64,000 nucleotides of DNA from Candidatus Woesearchaeota archaeon. Its GTDB lineage: Archaea; Nanobdellota; Nanobdellia; Woesearchaeales; GW2011-AR4. The stretch spans positions 64,365-128,364 of the forward strand of contig JACPIE010000040.1 in the NCBI GenBank assembly GCA_016188245.1, given 5' to 3'. The position numbers and the translations under genes are program-made. Each line of letters starts with the position of its first letter. The stretch's first letter is position 1. Below are positions 1-8,893 of this stretch, one piece after another. Below the pieces are notes generated by a model, which did not search any database, was not told the origin of the DNA, and was given only the letters and a program-made list of their open reading frames with translations.

Positions 1-364
1 TCTTATTCGCCCTAGAATACTTGCCCGGTTTTACGTACGGCTCGTTTTGGCATGAGATTATATAACGGAATCCGCAATCATCTGCTTGCAGGATTTGGAC
101 CTTCCATCCATATTTAAAAATATCCTTTCTCGGAACTTCCGCTCGCAATCTATGGGCCAAATAATTAATCATCACGGGATTGGTGTCGCTTGGTTCAGCG
201 CCTTGAGCATGCACAGGCGAATATCTTGGGCCTGCAACTACTGATGCCAAGCCGCCTGCCAATGCAACGGCGCCTTTTAGAAATGCCCTCCTGCCGTCAT
301 GGTCGCTTTCAACAGATTTTGCACCGTAAATTTGCCCGCTTGCTGCCCTGTATGGTTTATCCAT
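1..364 (-). CDS. Partial secreted protein with twin-arginine (Tat-like) signal; runs off window start
   Basis: Manual translation from ATG 364: MDKPYRAASGQIYGAKSVESDHDGRRAFLKGAVALAGGLASVVAGPRYSPVHAQG..., with no stop before position 1. RRAFLK is followed by a hydrophobic stretch and VHA. A GGGGG RBS-like element lies upstream. Not in the ORF track. Confidence 0.75.
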   Translation of the reverse strand, partial: MDKPYRAASGQIYGAKSVESDHDGRRAFLKGAVALAGGLASVVAGPRYSPVHAQGAEPSDTNPVMINYLAHRLRAEVPRKDIFKYGWKVQILQADDCGFRYIISCQNEPYVKPGKYSRANK

Positions 365-543
365 TCTAACGCCCCCTTAGTTTTAGTTAACAAGCATAGG
401 TTTGTTCACCTAAGCAATATTATTTCTAGAAAAAGCAGGGCATGTGCCTAAATTAAATTTTGCAATATATCATATTAACCGATATGCATAATATCCATTT
501 TTGTTTTAATGCAAGGTTGCCAGAATACAATTTAAAGGTTGCC

Positions 544-1146
544 TCATGCAACGCACTTGTCAGCTTCAAAGCCCTTGGCTTTTGCTTCGTCTTCGGAGCC
601 GAACCAAAGCTGGTTTTCCAAGCTTATTCTCTTGGCCCAGTCGCATTTTGCAATATGGTATTTGCCTGCCTTTTTGCTGGCAATGTATCTGCCGGGAGTA
701 AACTCCCCGGATATTGCAGATTCTTCAGATTTTTCAGGCTCCATCTTGTCAAGGTGCTGGTAGTACCGGGTTGGACTGCCTTGCCTTTCAGTGCCTTTTC
801 CAGGCTTTGTTGATTTCAGGCTTAGCAGCGCAATCGCGAGCCCAATCGCAGAAAAAATCACCACAGTCAAATGCTCCGTTTCAAATATTCCTGTAATCAG
901 GTAAATGAAAAGCATGTCTATCATCAGAAAAGCCAAAGCTGCCGCGATTATCGTCCAGCCCCATTGCTGATCATTGTATATTGCAAACATTGCAAAAATA
1001 AAAAGCGAGAATAATGCCAGCAGCAGCAGCAGCTCAACAACAAAAGCAAACCTGTGCAGGTCAAATACGGCAAAGATGAGCCCTATTGCCACAAAAAGAA
1101 GCACCAAATCCATAGTGAAAAAGCTGAGCGGCTTTTCCATGGTCAA
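544..1146 (-). CDS. Multi-pass membrane protein with C-terminal Ada-type metal-binding-like domain
   Basis: Four hydrophobic segments, then [21 protein letters not shown]...[16 protein letters not shown], resembling the Ada Zn-binding motif. Confidence 0.7.
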   Translation of the reverse strand: MTMEKPLSFFTMDLVLLFVAIGLIFAVFDLHRFAFVVELLLLLALFSLFIFAMFAIYNDQQWGWTIIAAALAFLMIDMLFIYLITGIFETEHLTVVIFSAIGLAIALLSLKSTKPGKGTERQGSPTRYYQHLDKMEPEKSEESAISGEFTPGRYIASKKAGKYHIAKCDWAKRISLENQLWFGSEDEAKAKGFEADKCVA

Positions 1147-1487
1147 AACTCCTCAAACTCCTCCAGCTGCTTCAGATAGCCCTTCCTTTTCAGGAAGGAG
1201 GTCTGGGTCGGTGTGTATTTGTAGATTATATCCCCTTTTTCGTCTCCGGAGTATTCCCATGGCTCGACAATGACAATATCATTCTCCCTCACCCACAATT
1301 TTCTTGTCAGCCTGCCCGGGATTCTGCAGATTCTGGTTTTGCCGTCCAGGCATCTCACCCTCATTCTTGATGCCCCAAGCCTCTGCTCAATTATCCCGAA
1401 TGTTTCCGCATTTCTCGGAAGGTGAATCCGGGAAATTTCCTGCTGAATCTGCTCCTGCTTCTGCTGCTCTTCCTTCTTCTTGCTCAT
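1143..1487 (-). CDS. eif1a: Translation initiation factor aIF-1A
   Basis: [39 protein letters not shown]...KGDIIYKY. Start placed at ATG 1487, downstream of a TATA box at ~1511-1518. Confidence 0.95.
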   Translation of the reverse strand: MSKKKEEQQKQEQIQQEISRIHLPRNAETFGIIEQRLGASRMRVRCLDGKTRICRIPGRLTRKLWVRENDIVIVEPWEYSGDEKGDIIYKYTPTQTSFLKRKGYLKQLEEFEEF

Positions 1488-1525
1488 GATACAGCTGGAT
1501 TCAGGCTGCTTTATATAACTTTCTG

Positions 1526-1551
1526 TCAAAGCGATACGCGTTTTTGAGCAT
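1526..1551. repeat. Degenerate fragment of the twin-hairpin element family
   Basis: TCAAAGCGATACGCGTTTTTGAGCAT resembles ...GATACGAAGCGTGTTTTTGAGCAT of the 4825 copy and sits immediately upstream of the aIF-1A BRE/TATA. Confidence 0.5.
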
Positions 1552-1620
1552 CAAAACTGCAGCCCCAATAATAAAATTTAAATAGGAATTGAATTTTTAT
1601 TTGATAAAAAGAGGTTTGCA

Positions 1621-1884
1621 ATGGGCATCAAGCAGTTAAATGCGTTTCAGATTATCCCTTTGGTGATTGGGCTAGGCGCTACTTTTTTTGGATTTAAGCT
1701 TATAAAGGAAGTATACCTCATCAACAACAGCCAGATAAGCTGGCTTTTTGTGCTCGCTGTTTTCAACTGGCTCAGCCTGATTGTACTGCTCATATTCCTC
1801 AGCCTTATTCTGGATGCTTCAAAGAAAGGGCTCGGCAAGCTCGATGTGGTGATATACCTTCTTTCGCGCGGCAAAAAAAAGTAA
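1621..1884 (+). CDS. Small two-TM membrane protein (paralogue of next gene)
   Basis: 87 aa with two hydrophobic helices; aligns with 1934..2197 (N.F....L..G.GA...GF.LI..VY......Q.SWL....F.WL.L..L.I.LSLI.D..K). Confidence 0.8.
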   Translation: MGIKQLNAFQIIPLVIGLGATFFGFKLIKEVYLINNSQISWLFVLAVFNWLSLIVLLIFLSLILDASKKGLGKLDVVIYLLSRGKKK

Positions 1885-1933
1885 AGTGCTGCCAAATAAT
1901 AAAGTTTAAATACATCGGAGGCATTGGATTGCT

Positions 1934-2197
1934 ATGGCGCAGGACAGGATCAATGTGTTTGAAGTTGTTCTTTTGATGGTGGGGGTCGGCGCTGCCGTAA
2001 TGGGCTTTCACCTCATTAATTCCGTTTATAATGCCGAGAGCGGGCAGCTGAGCTGGCTCATGATTATAGCAATCTTCAGCTGGCTTACTTTGATGATTCT
2101 GTTCATACTTTTAAGCCTGATTGTGGATCTGGCCAAGAGGGAACTTAGGGAGATAAAGACAATGATTTTTCTGCTTTCTGAGAATAAGAAAAAATAA
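1934..2197 (+). CDS. Small two-TM membrane protein (tandem paralogue)
   Basis: 87 aa, own TTTAAATA box at ~1905, clear similarity to 1621..1884. Confidence 0.8.
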   Translation: MAQDRINVFEVVLLMVGVGAAVMGFHLINSVYNAESGQLSWLMIIAIFSWLTLMILFILLSLIVDLAKRELREIKTMIFLLSENKKK

Positions 2198-2240
2198 GGT
2201 CAGCCTGCTTTTTCTATATTGGAGACTCTATTGTTTAAGT

Positions 2241-2288
2241 TTCATTACTCCCCCATAGTAAATAACCGAAAGATTTATAAAGGGCAAA
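2241..2288 (+). repeat. Dispersed direct repeat R1 (BRE/TATA-containing)
   Basis: Core CATAGTAAATAACCGAAAGATTTATAAAGGGCA, identical in R1-R3 with one mismatch in R4. Confidence 0.9.
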
Positions 2289-2331
2289 AATAGAAATATT
2301 TAAATATAACGTAATCTTATTGAGGGTTATA

Positions 2332-2988
2332 ATGGTAAAATTACAGGTACTGAGGCACGAAACTGTGAAGAGGATATTCGGCAAAGTTGAGATTGAGACC
2401 ATAATCAAGAAAATGGAAGGAAGAAAACTCAAGCAGACAGAAAGAAATTATCTATACAGGTCAATAAGGCCAAAGCTTGTAGCTGCAAGCATGCTGTCAC
2501 AAGAAAGCATATTAAATGAGATAAATAAAGACAATAGAGAGGATACTTTCGCAGTCGAATGCAATCTTTTTCACTATGGTTATGAAATGATTTCTCTAAA
2601 AAAGAAAAAGGGAAAGGTAATTCCCATAGAAGAGCTGATAGTCAGAATACTTGTCAAATTGCCTATAGCAAGATTTATAGAAGCGATTCCAATCATAATA
2701 ATCAAAAACCACATAGATAAGTTTAGGCTGCTTGAGCTTGCGTCTAGCTATGGCATAAAGAACAAGGTAGGGTATCTTTTGGAAACTGCATTTATGATCA
2801 GGCATATGAACTACCTCACAGACTTGCTTTCATACCTTGATTCAAACAAGGACAATGAGGTGTCATTTTTAGTTGAAGGAGATTATGAATTTTTGTTTAA
2901 GGAGTCCCCTCAAAGAATCAAAAAATGGAGGCTGCTTGGAAGGTTTTTTGATGATGATTTTATCAGAAATGCAAAGGCGTACCTATGA
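2332..2988 (+). CDS. Putative antitoxin/partner of downstream nucleotidyltransferase
   Basis: Basic ~218 aa protein whose stop overlaps the NTase start (ATGA); assignment is by context only. Confidence 0.55.
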   Translation: MVKLQVLRHETVKRIFGKVEIETIIKKMEGRKLKQTERNYLYRSIRPKLVAASMLSQESILNEINKDNREDTFAVECNLFHYGYEMISLKKKKGKVIPIEELIVRILVKLPIARFIEAIPIIIIKNHIDKFRLLELASSYGIKNKVGYLLETAFMIRHMNYLTDLLSYLDSNKDNEVSFLVEGDYEFLFKESPQRIKKWRLLGRFFDDDFIRNAKAYL

Positions 2989-3485
2989 TTGATAAAAATG
3001 AGCTGGTGAAATGGCTGAAGTCCATTGACAAGAAGCTTAACAGAAAAATAAGTTTAATAGCAGTAGGGGGCACAGCAATGACTTTACTTAGCCTCAAATC
3101 TTCCACCAGAGATGTGGATTTTTGCATAAAGTCAAATGAGAAAAATGATTTTGAGAAATCTTTGGATAAGAGGTTTAAGGTTGACATTTTTACTGACGGC
3201 TATATTTTTTCTGAGCAGCTGCCCTCTGATTATTTTGAAAAGTCAAAAACTATTGTGGAGATGAAAAACATTGCTTTGAAGGCCCTCCATCCAGTTGATA
3301 TAATAATAACAAAGGCGGCAAGGTTCAATGCAAGGGACGAAGAAGACATTAAAGCACTTTCCAAGTACGTTGACAGGAAAGAGCTGGTAAAAAGGTTTGA
3401 TGAGGTTTTGAAGTCATATTCCGGCAAAGAGGAAGATTACAAATACCACTTTAAGGTTATTTTGAAGAGATTTTTCGATGCTTAA
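2985..3485 (+). CDS. Nucleotidyltransferase-fold protein (DUF6036/AbiEii-like toxin)
   Basis: AVGGTAM...STRDVDF and K..RFNARDEEDI, i.e. the GG...DxD Pol-beta-like NTase signature. Confidence 0.8.
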   Translation: MIDKNELVKWLKSIDKKLNRKISLIAVGGTAMTLLSLKSSTRDVDFCIKSNEKNDFEKSLDKRFKVDIFTDGYIFSEQLPSDYFEKSKTIVEMKNIALKALHPVDIIITKAARFNARDEEDIKALSKYVDRKELVKRFDEVLKSYSGKEEDYKYHFKVILKRFFDA

Positions 3486-3496
3486 CTTTCCTTCTT

Positions 3497-3552
3497 TTCA
3501 TCACTCCTTCATAGTAAATAACCGAAAGATTTATAAAGGGCAGAAACAATGG
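3497..3552 (+). repeat. Direct repeat R2 / promoter of Tat-signal gene
   Basis: TTCATCACTCCTTCATAGTAAATAACCGAAAGATTTATAAAGGGCAGAAACAATGG. Confidence 0.9.
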
Positions 3553-3562
3553 CTTTGGAATA

Positions 3563-4687
3563 ATGGGGAGATTGGAAGAGATGGTCAGGATAGCTGTTCC
3601 TGTTGGAAGCAGCTTTGAGGGTAGTGGAGCTGAGGCAGTGCAAAAAGCAGATGCTCAACAAAAAGGCATGACGAGAAGAGGTTTTCTTAGAGGGGGGATT
3701 GCATTGGGAGGCACAGTTGCTTTGACAGCTGCATTAGGAGACCATCAAACAGTTTATGCCAAGCAGCCTCTGCCAGTTTTAGAGCCAAATTTTGAATCGA
3801 TAAATGATGAGTTAGTGCAGACAATTGCGCAGATATTACACGAAAGGCTTATGGTAAGGACAAGCATGGCAACTTGGAAAAGAGAGGATTATCAAGCAGC
3901 CCGTTCCAAATTAAGAGGGTATGGGATTGAGCTGGAAGAAGTGCTGTTTGGCTATCCCCCAAACCTCAATAAGTATTTGATTCCAAGAAGATATTATGTA
4001 AGCGCATTGAACTTTCCTCCCATGGTAATAAAAATTTTTCCAATAATGGAAGCTAGAGACTTTAACAGTTTTGTTGATGGCGGAGGCAATACAAGAAGTG
4101 ATGTATTCGGATTCAAGTTTGGAGCCTATACCCAATGCTTGTTGGATTATGAGGCTTACTCTTCTCATAAAGTTGCTCCTTGGGGATCAGAGGGCAAGTT
4201 GGATGGAATCGGGAATGTTGTTGGTGTGCCTTATAAGCATATCCAAGGCATTTTTCGTAATAGGCCGGAGTTAGCTGACTTGGATGCTGAAGCATTAACT
4301 ATGCATGAAATTGGACATTCAATCTTCCGAACACCTTATGAGGATATAGCAACTATGGTTGAGTTAGGATATAAAAAAGAGAAAAGTCCACCAATAAGAA
4401 GTGTAGATGACTTACACAACTATCTTAAGACTAGACGACTTACTCAAAGCAAATTCGATAGAGTTCAATTGGATATATTGTTTCATGGCAATTTTACGCA
4501 CGGGGCGACCATAAGGGCTCTAAAACAAATCGCTGGAGATTTGCAACATACTTCCATGGAACTTAATAAGATTGACAGAAGGAGGTATCCTACAGACGTT
4601 ATGCAAATTTCAGACCAACAATTACATGCAACTATGGAATTGCTTTTCAATAGGACTAATATAAGCGCGCAGTATAGCTATAGGTAA
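3563..4687 (+). CDS. Tat-signal secreted protein with HExxH (zincin-like) motif
   Basis: MTRRGFLRGGIALGG...VYA signal and MHEIGH motif; paralogue of 8894..10078. Confidence 0.7.
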   Translation: MGRLEEMVRIAVPVGSSFEGSGAEAVQKADAQQKGMTRRGFLRGGIALGGTVALTAALGDHQTVYAKQPLPVLEPNFESINDELVQTIAQILHERLMVRTSMATWKREDYQAARSKLRGYGIELEEVLFGYPPNLNKYLIPRRYYVSALNFPPMVIKIFPIMEARDFNSFVDGGGNTRSDVFGFKFGAYTQCLLDYEAYSSHKVAPWGSEGKLDGIGNVVGVPYKHIQGIFRNRPELADLDAEALTMHEIGHSIFRTPYEDIATMVELGYKKEKSPPIRSVDDLHNYLKTRRLTQSKFDRVQLDILFHGNFTHGATIRALKQIAGDLQHTSMELNKIDRRRYPTDVMQISDQQLHATMELLFNRTNISAQYSYR

Positions 4688-4766
4688 CTCATTTCTTTTG
4701 ATTTTTTTTTAACATTCTTAATTATGAAATTTTCTATCAAGTGTCTTTTCAAAATTTTCTCTCAAG

Positions 4767-5004
4767 CGAAAAGCTTATTAATGACTTCCTGCAGTTTCTG
4801 ATTAAAAGAGAGGTATTTTTAAATATGTCAAAAACACCCCACACTGATACGAAGCGTGTTTTTGAGCATGCCCGGAAATCTTGGGTTTCCGGCATGTCAA
4901 AAAAAGAGGCAGTGTTAGTAATAATCCTAGTTATAATTGCCCTACTTGCAAGTGTCTCTTATGCTGCAAAGCCTCAAAATATGAATGTAAGCATTCTTTA
5001 TTAA
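4767..5004 (+). pseudogene. Duplicated promoter plus signal-peptide stub of the 10174 giant protein gene
   Basis: 4767-4967 matches 10117-10247; 4894-4967 vs 10174-10247 differ at one base. Similarity stops right after the signal peptide and a stop follows at 5002-5004. Confidence 0.85.
4825..4893. mobile_element. 69-bp twin-hairpin (MITE/REP-like) insertion at start codon
   Basis: Absent from the paralogous site at 10174 and flanked by duplicated ATGTCAAAAA. Hairpins are TCAAAAACAC/GTGTTTTTGA and CCGGAAA/TTTCCGG. Confidence 0.8.
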
Positions 5005-5063
5005 ACCCTTGATTTACTTACATGTAACTAACATTTATATATAAGTTATGATACTTATACTCT

Positions 5064-5633
5064 ATGCGAGGCGACAAGAGGGAAAGAATACTAAGAGTAA
5101 TGCTCAGCAGCAAGGAAGCATTGAGCAAGAACGAGCTCTCAAAAAGGGCAGAGTGCACCAGGCAGTGGATTATTCTTTTCCTGAAGGAATTAGAGAAAAA
5201 GAAGCTGGTAAACGGAACTACCCCAATAGACAGGAAAAAACTTCTGCAATATTGGATTAACATATCAAGAAGACCAAAAAAATACAAGAGTTATATGGTC
5301 AAAGAGCCATTAGAACTGCTTAAAAAAACTAAGCTAGATTATGCTCTGACAACTTATCAGGCAGAAAACATTGTACAGCATTATCTTTTTCCTTCAAGAG
5401 TGGACTTGTACATGAAGGAAAGTGATTTGGATAGTTGGCACAACCTTCTGACAAAAAATGGATTGTATGGGAAAGGAAATGTCAGAGTCATAATTGCCGA
5501 TGAGCATAGGAAGTATGGAAAAAGAATTATAAACGGGCTTTCAATAGTTTCAATGCCGCAGCTTATTGTTGATTTGACTAATGAAGGAGGCCCTTGTAAA
5601 GAAGCAGCTGAAATGCTTATGAAGAGGATTTAA
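5064..5633 (+). CDS. wHTH + AbiEi-like (type IV TA) antitoxin/regulator
   Basis: N-terminal HTH (LSKNELSKRAECTRQWI), YALTTYQA and C-terminal VSMPQLIVDL..EGG..KEAAE, typical of AbiEi_2/DUF2186-like proteins. Confidence 0.7.
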   Translation: MRGDKRERILRVMLSSKEALSKNELSKRAECTRQWIILFLKELEKKKLVNGTTPIDRKKLLQYWINISRRPKKYKSYMVKEPLELLKKTKLDYALTTYQAENIVQHYLFPSRVDLYMKESDLDSWHNLLTKNGLYGKGNVRVIIADEHRKYGKRIINGLSIVSMPQLIVDLTNEGGPCKEAAEMLMKRI

Positions 5634-6401
5634 ATGTATAAGGAATTTGAAACCAGAACATCATACAATTATTTGAAGGAAGTTATTAAGAACTTGAATG
5701 AGCCTATCTGCATACTAGGCGGCTGGGCTGTCTTCTTTCACGTCAATGAGAAATTTGAGAAAGCCCAAGGCAGGCCATATTTGGGCAGCAGGGACATTGA
5801 CTTGGGATTTAACATCAGCGGAGATTTAAAGCAGTCTGCTTTATCTCAAGCAATATCCATATTGACAAAAAATCTCAATTTTAAGCCATTAAGCTTCAGG
5901 TTGGTGAAAGAAATACACACAGAAACAGAAGAAGAGATTAAAAATGGAGAAATTGTGCAAGCCCACTTTGTTTTTCCAATGTATGTTGACCTGATAGTTG
6001 ATTCAATCCCAAGGGATTTTAGGGAAATATTTGGATTTAGCCCCATTGATGAGCCATTGCTTAAAACCGTATTCGAGAAAAAAGAGTTTGTAATTATAAA
6101 AAAATTTGGAAATAAGCTGCTTCTTCCAAAGATAGGTGTCCTTTTGGCAATGAAAGCAAGCTCAATTCCAAACAGGGATAGGGAGCATAAAAAGATAAAA
6201 GACATTTGTGATATGTTTGCATTGGCATGGTATTCGGATATCAAACTTGCGAATGTTAATCTTACAAAATATGTTTCTAAAAATAACCTTAAGAAATGCC
6301 TAAAATCAATAACACAAGATGGCCTTGAAAAATCAGCTGCTCAGATAGGGCATGACAAGGAAGAGCTAAAAAGGATTATTAATCTTATCTGTAAAAAGTA
6401 A
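5634..6401 (+). CDS. Nucleotidyltransferase-fold toxin (AbiEii-like)
   Basis: ILGGWAV...GSRDIDLG and K...RDREHKKIKDICD; abuts the upstream gene. Confidence 0.75.
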   Translation: MYKEFETRTSYNYLKEVIKNLNEPICILGGWAVFFHVNEKFEKAQGRPYLGSRDIDLGFNISGDLKQSALSQAISILTKNLNFKPLSFRLVKEIHTETEEEIKNGEIVQAHFVFPMYVDLIVDSIPRDFREIFGFSPIDEPLLKTVFEKKEFVIIKKFGNKLLLPKIGVLLAMKASSIPNRDREHKKIKDICDMFALAWYSDIKLANVNLTKYVSKNNLKKCLKSITQDGLEKSAAQIGHDKEELKRIINLICKK

Positions 6402-6529
6402 TAAAAAATTCATTCTTTTTATGCAGCTTTATTTTTTCTTGGGCTTGCCTGTTAAAGAAATAATAGCGGGTTTTACCAGCATTGGTTTATGATTATGCAG
6501 CAAAGCAAAAATTCTTTAGAGATATATTA

Positions 6530-6584
6530 TTCATCACTCCTGCATAGTAAATAACCGAAAGATTTATAAAGGGCAGAAACAATG
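6530..6584 (+). repeat. Direct repeat R3
   Basis: TTCATCACTCCTGCATAGTAAATAACCGAAAGATTTATAAAGGGCAGAAACAATG. Confidence 0.9.
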
Positions 6585-6595
6585 ATATTGGAAGT

Positions 6596-6640
6596 ATGGG
6601 GCTGGAAGGGTTGGTTTGGCAAGAAGATTTCTGATGGATC
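6596..6640 (+). pseudogene. Decayed 5' remnant of a Tat-protein paralogue
   Basis: TTGGAAGTATGGGGCTGGAAGGGTTGGT resembles TTGGAATAATGGGGAGATTGGAAGAGATGGT at 3555-3585; the frame closes after ~12 codons. Confidence 0.5.
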
Positions 6641-6716
6641 TGGAATAGATTAACCACAAAATTTATATATAAGTGCCTACTTTTATTACTAAAATGGTAA
6701 TTTCAGCAGGGGTAAA

Positions 6717-7964
6717 ATGTACTTAAAAAGATTTTTAGAAGAGGATATTAAAAAATACATTAAAAAACGGGAAATAATAGCTATCATAGGCCCAAGGCAA
6801 TCGGGAAAAACCACGCTTCTCGGGCATTTTTATGAAAACCTCAAAAATGCAGTTTTTCTGGATTTTGAAGACAGGGAAACATTAGAGCTGTTTAGCGAAG
6901 ACATTCATTCATTTATTGAGCTGTATGTAAAAAAGCATGACTATGTGTTTATAGACGAGTTCCAATATGCCAAAGAAGGCGGCAAAAACTTAAAGTATAT
7001 TTATGACAACTTCAAAGCTAAAATCATTATATCGGGGTCATCTGCAAGCGAGTTGTCAATACAAAGCATAAAATTTCTTGTTGGAAGGATATTTGTTTTC
7101 ACGCTGTATCCATTCTCATTTGAAGAGTACCTCAGCTGCAAAAATATCGGCTTGTATAATCTTATGAGAATCGGAAAATTAACGCGTCCATTGATAGGGA
7201 GAGTCATGCCTTATTTTAATGAATTTTGTATATACGGAGGCTATCCTAGGGTAATCTTATCCAAAGATAAGCCAGAAAAGGAGATTGTATTAAAAAACAT
7301 CTACAACACCTATTTCCTTAAGGAGATAAAAGAGATCTTAAATCTGCCAGATGACTACAAGTTAAGCAGGTTGATACACGCATTGGCTCTTCAGGTAGGG
7401 AATATTGTGAATTACAAAGAGCTTGCCGACATTACTGGGTTTAACTACAAAGATTTGTTAAGATACCTTAATGTTCTTGAAAAGACATTCATCTTAACAA
7501 GAAGCCTGCCTTTCCATACAAACAAGAGAACAGAGCTCGTAAAGTCGCCAAAATCATTTTTTTTGGATTCCGGATTCAGGAATATTGCCATAAAAAATTT
7601 TCAGCCGGTTGAAAATAGGCCTGACAAAGGGAGCCTTTATGAGAATTTTGTAGCTTCCGAACTGGTGAAATCCGGCATCGGGCTTAAATACTGGCGCACA
7701 AAATCAATGGCTGAAGTTGATTTTGTGATAGAAAGAAATAACAGAATTATGCCTGTTGAAATTAAATCCAGCCTTATCAAGCCCAAGTTTACAAAATCAT
7801 TTTTAAGTTTCCTTGAAAAATATAAGCCCGCAAAATCATTCATATTATCTGAAAGGCTGTTTGCAGAAAAAAATAAAACTAAGTTCCTTCCAATATTTTA
7901 CATTGGGATTTTGGATAAAGGCATGCCAAAGTACAAGGCATTGGCAAGCAGCATCCAGGCATAA
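6717..7964 (+). CDS. AAA+ ATPase (AAA_14 + DUF4143; COG1373-type)
   Basis: Walker A GPRQSGKTT, FIDEFQ, ISGSS, YGGYP, ENFV and YWRT...EVDFV...PVEIK (PD-(D/E)xK-like C-terminus). Confidence 0.9.
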   Translation: MYLKRFLEEDIKKYIKKREIIAIIGPRQSGKTTLLGHFYENLKNAVFLDFEDRETLELFSEDIHSFIELYVKKHDYVFIDEFQYAKEGGKNLKYIYDNFKAKIIISGSSASELSIQSIKFLVGRIFVFTLYPFSFEEYLSCKNIGLYNLMRIGKLTRPLIGRVMPYFNEFCIYGGYPRVILSKDKPEKEIVLKNIYNTYFLKEIKEILNLPDDYKLSRLIHALALQVGNIVNYKELADITGFNYKDLLRYLNVLEKTFILTRSLPFHTNKRTELVKSPKSFFLDSGFRNIAIKNFQPVENRPDKGSLYENFVASELVKSGIGLKYWRTKSMAEVDFVIERNNRIMPVEIKSSLIKPKFTKSFLSFLEKYKPAKSFILSERLFAEKNKTKFLPIFYIGILDKGMPKYKALASSIQA

Positions 7965-8004
7965 ATGTTGGAAATTTAGAGAAGCCATAAATTCCGCAAA
8001 AAAA

Positions 8005-8469
8005 TTATTTCAGCTTGGAAATCAAGATAGAATATTCTGTTGAAGAAATGTAATAACCTATTTCAATGAGTTGGCTTAAAATTTTAAGCACTTCAGGTTC
8101 AGTTATGATTCTTTTTTTCATAGCTGCAAAAATAACCGTTGTTGTCCTTACTGCGTTAATGCCAAATGCTTTGGCAGCTTTTATAGCAACGGCATCATCG
8201 AGTATAATGCCGTCTTTCTTCTCGATAGCGAGGTTGATTGCTTGCTCCTCTCCTGCTCCAAGCCCGATTTTAGTTTTTCTTTTTGGGTTGATTACCTTCA
8301 GCCATCCGCCCTTAATGGCATTGTATATGCTTATATATCCATCCTTATCTTCTATAAGCACTTCCTCCTTTACAGCAGGAGGGATAAGTATAATCTTGTA
8401 TACTTTCTTAAGCAAGTCAAGCTTGCTTATCCTGCTCAAGCAAATCAGCGCTGTTGCATCTGATATCAA
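8005..8469 (-). CDS. PIN-domain toxin (VapC/DUF3368-like)
   Basis: ISDATALI, IPPAVKEEV, LGAGEEQAI, ILDD. Confidence 0.85.
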   Translation of the reverse strand: MISDATALICLSRISKLDLLKKVYKIILIPPAVKEEVLIEDKDGYISIYNAIKGGWLKVINPKRKTKIGLGAGEEQAINLAIEKKDGIILDDAVAIKAAKAFGINAVRTTTVIFAAMKKRIITEPEVLKILSQLIEIGYYISSTEYSILISKLK

Positions 8470-8777
8470 GATTTTCCCTCTAGAAGCCTAAGATCACTTT
8501 CAAGATCTTCTTTGGAATAGCCCGTCCAGTTTATATTATTCTCTTTTGCAATATCAAGCATTTCCCATAGCGAAAGCCCGCATTCTTCAGCAGCGCTGCC
8601 GATTGAAATTTTGTGCTGTCTCAATCTTTCAATAGAGTTTTGTATTTTCCAAGAGCTTACAGCTTTAGCTAACAGCCTTCTAATGGCTTCTGAGCGGTCT
8701 GCCTGCCAGTTTTTCTCAATTTCAGACAAATCCTTGACAAGTGAATTATCAAGCCTTACCGAAATAGTCGTTGTCAT
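8466..8777 (-). CDS. RHH + UPF0175 family antitoxin
   Basis: TISVRL...DRSEAIRRLL (RHH) and ISIGSAAEECGLSLWEML (UPF0175); overlaps the PIN gene start. Confidence 0.8.
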   Translation of the reverse strand: MTTTISVRLDNSLVKDLSEIEKNWQADRSEAIRRLLAKAVSSWKIQNSIERLRQHKISIGSAAEECGLSLWEMLDIAKENNINWTGYSKEDLESDLRLLEGKS

Positions 8778-8830
8778 TGTATTCAATATCATACAATGTA
8801 AACCACTATATAAAGCTTTACTTTTTATTA

Positions 8831-8886
8831 TTTATCACTCCTTCATAGTAAATAACCAAAAGATTTATAAAGGGCAGAAACAATGG
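8831..8886 (+). repeat. Direct repeat R4 / promoter of second Tat-signal gene
   Basis: TTTATCACTCCTTCATAGTAAATAACCAAAAGATTTATAAAGGGCAGAAACAATGG. Confidence 0.9.
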
Positions 8887-8893
8887 TGTTTGC

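Noticed and set aside
4741..5004. 87-aa ORF as a genuine gene
   Set aside because: It is made of a duplicated promoter, a hairpin insert and a signal-peptide stub, so it is treated as a pseudogene fragment.
2241..8886. Repeat R as a CRISPR array or Xer/dif site
   Set aside because: Spacing is 1.2-3 kb with whole genes between copies and no cas genes are present. The arms do not form the 11-6-11 ATAA/TTAT dif-type palindrome.
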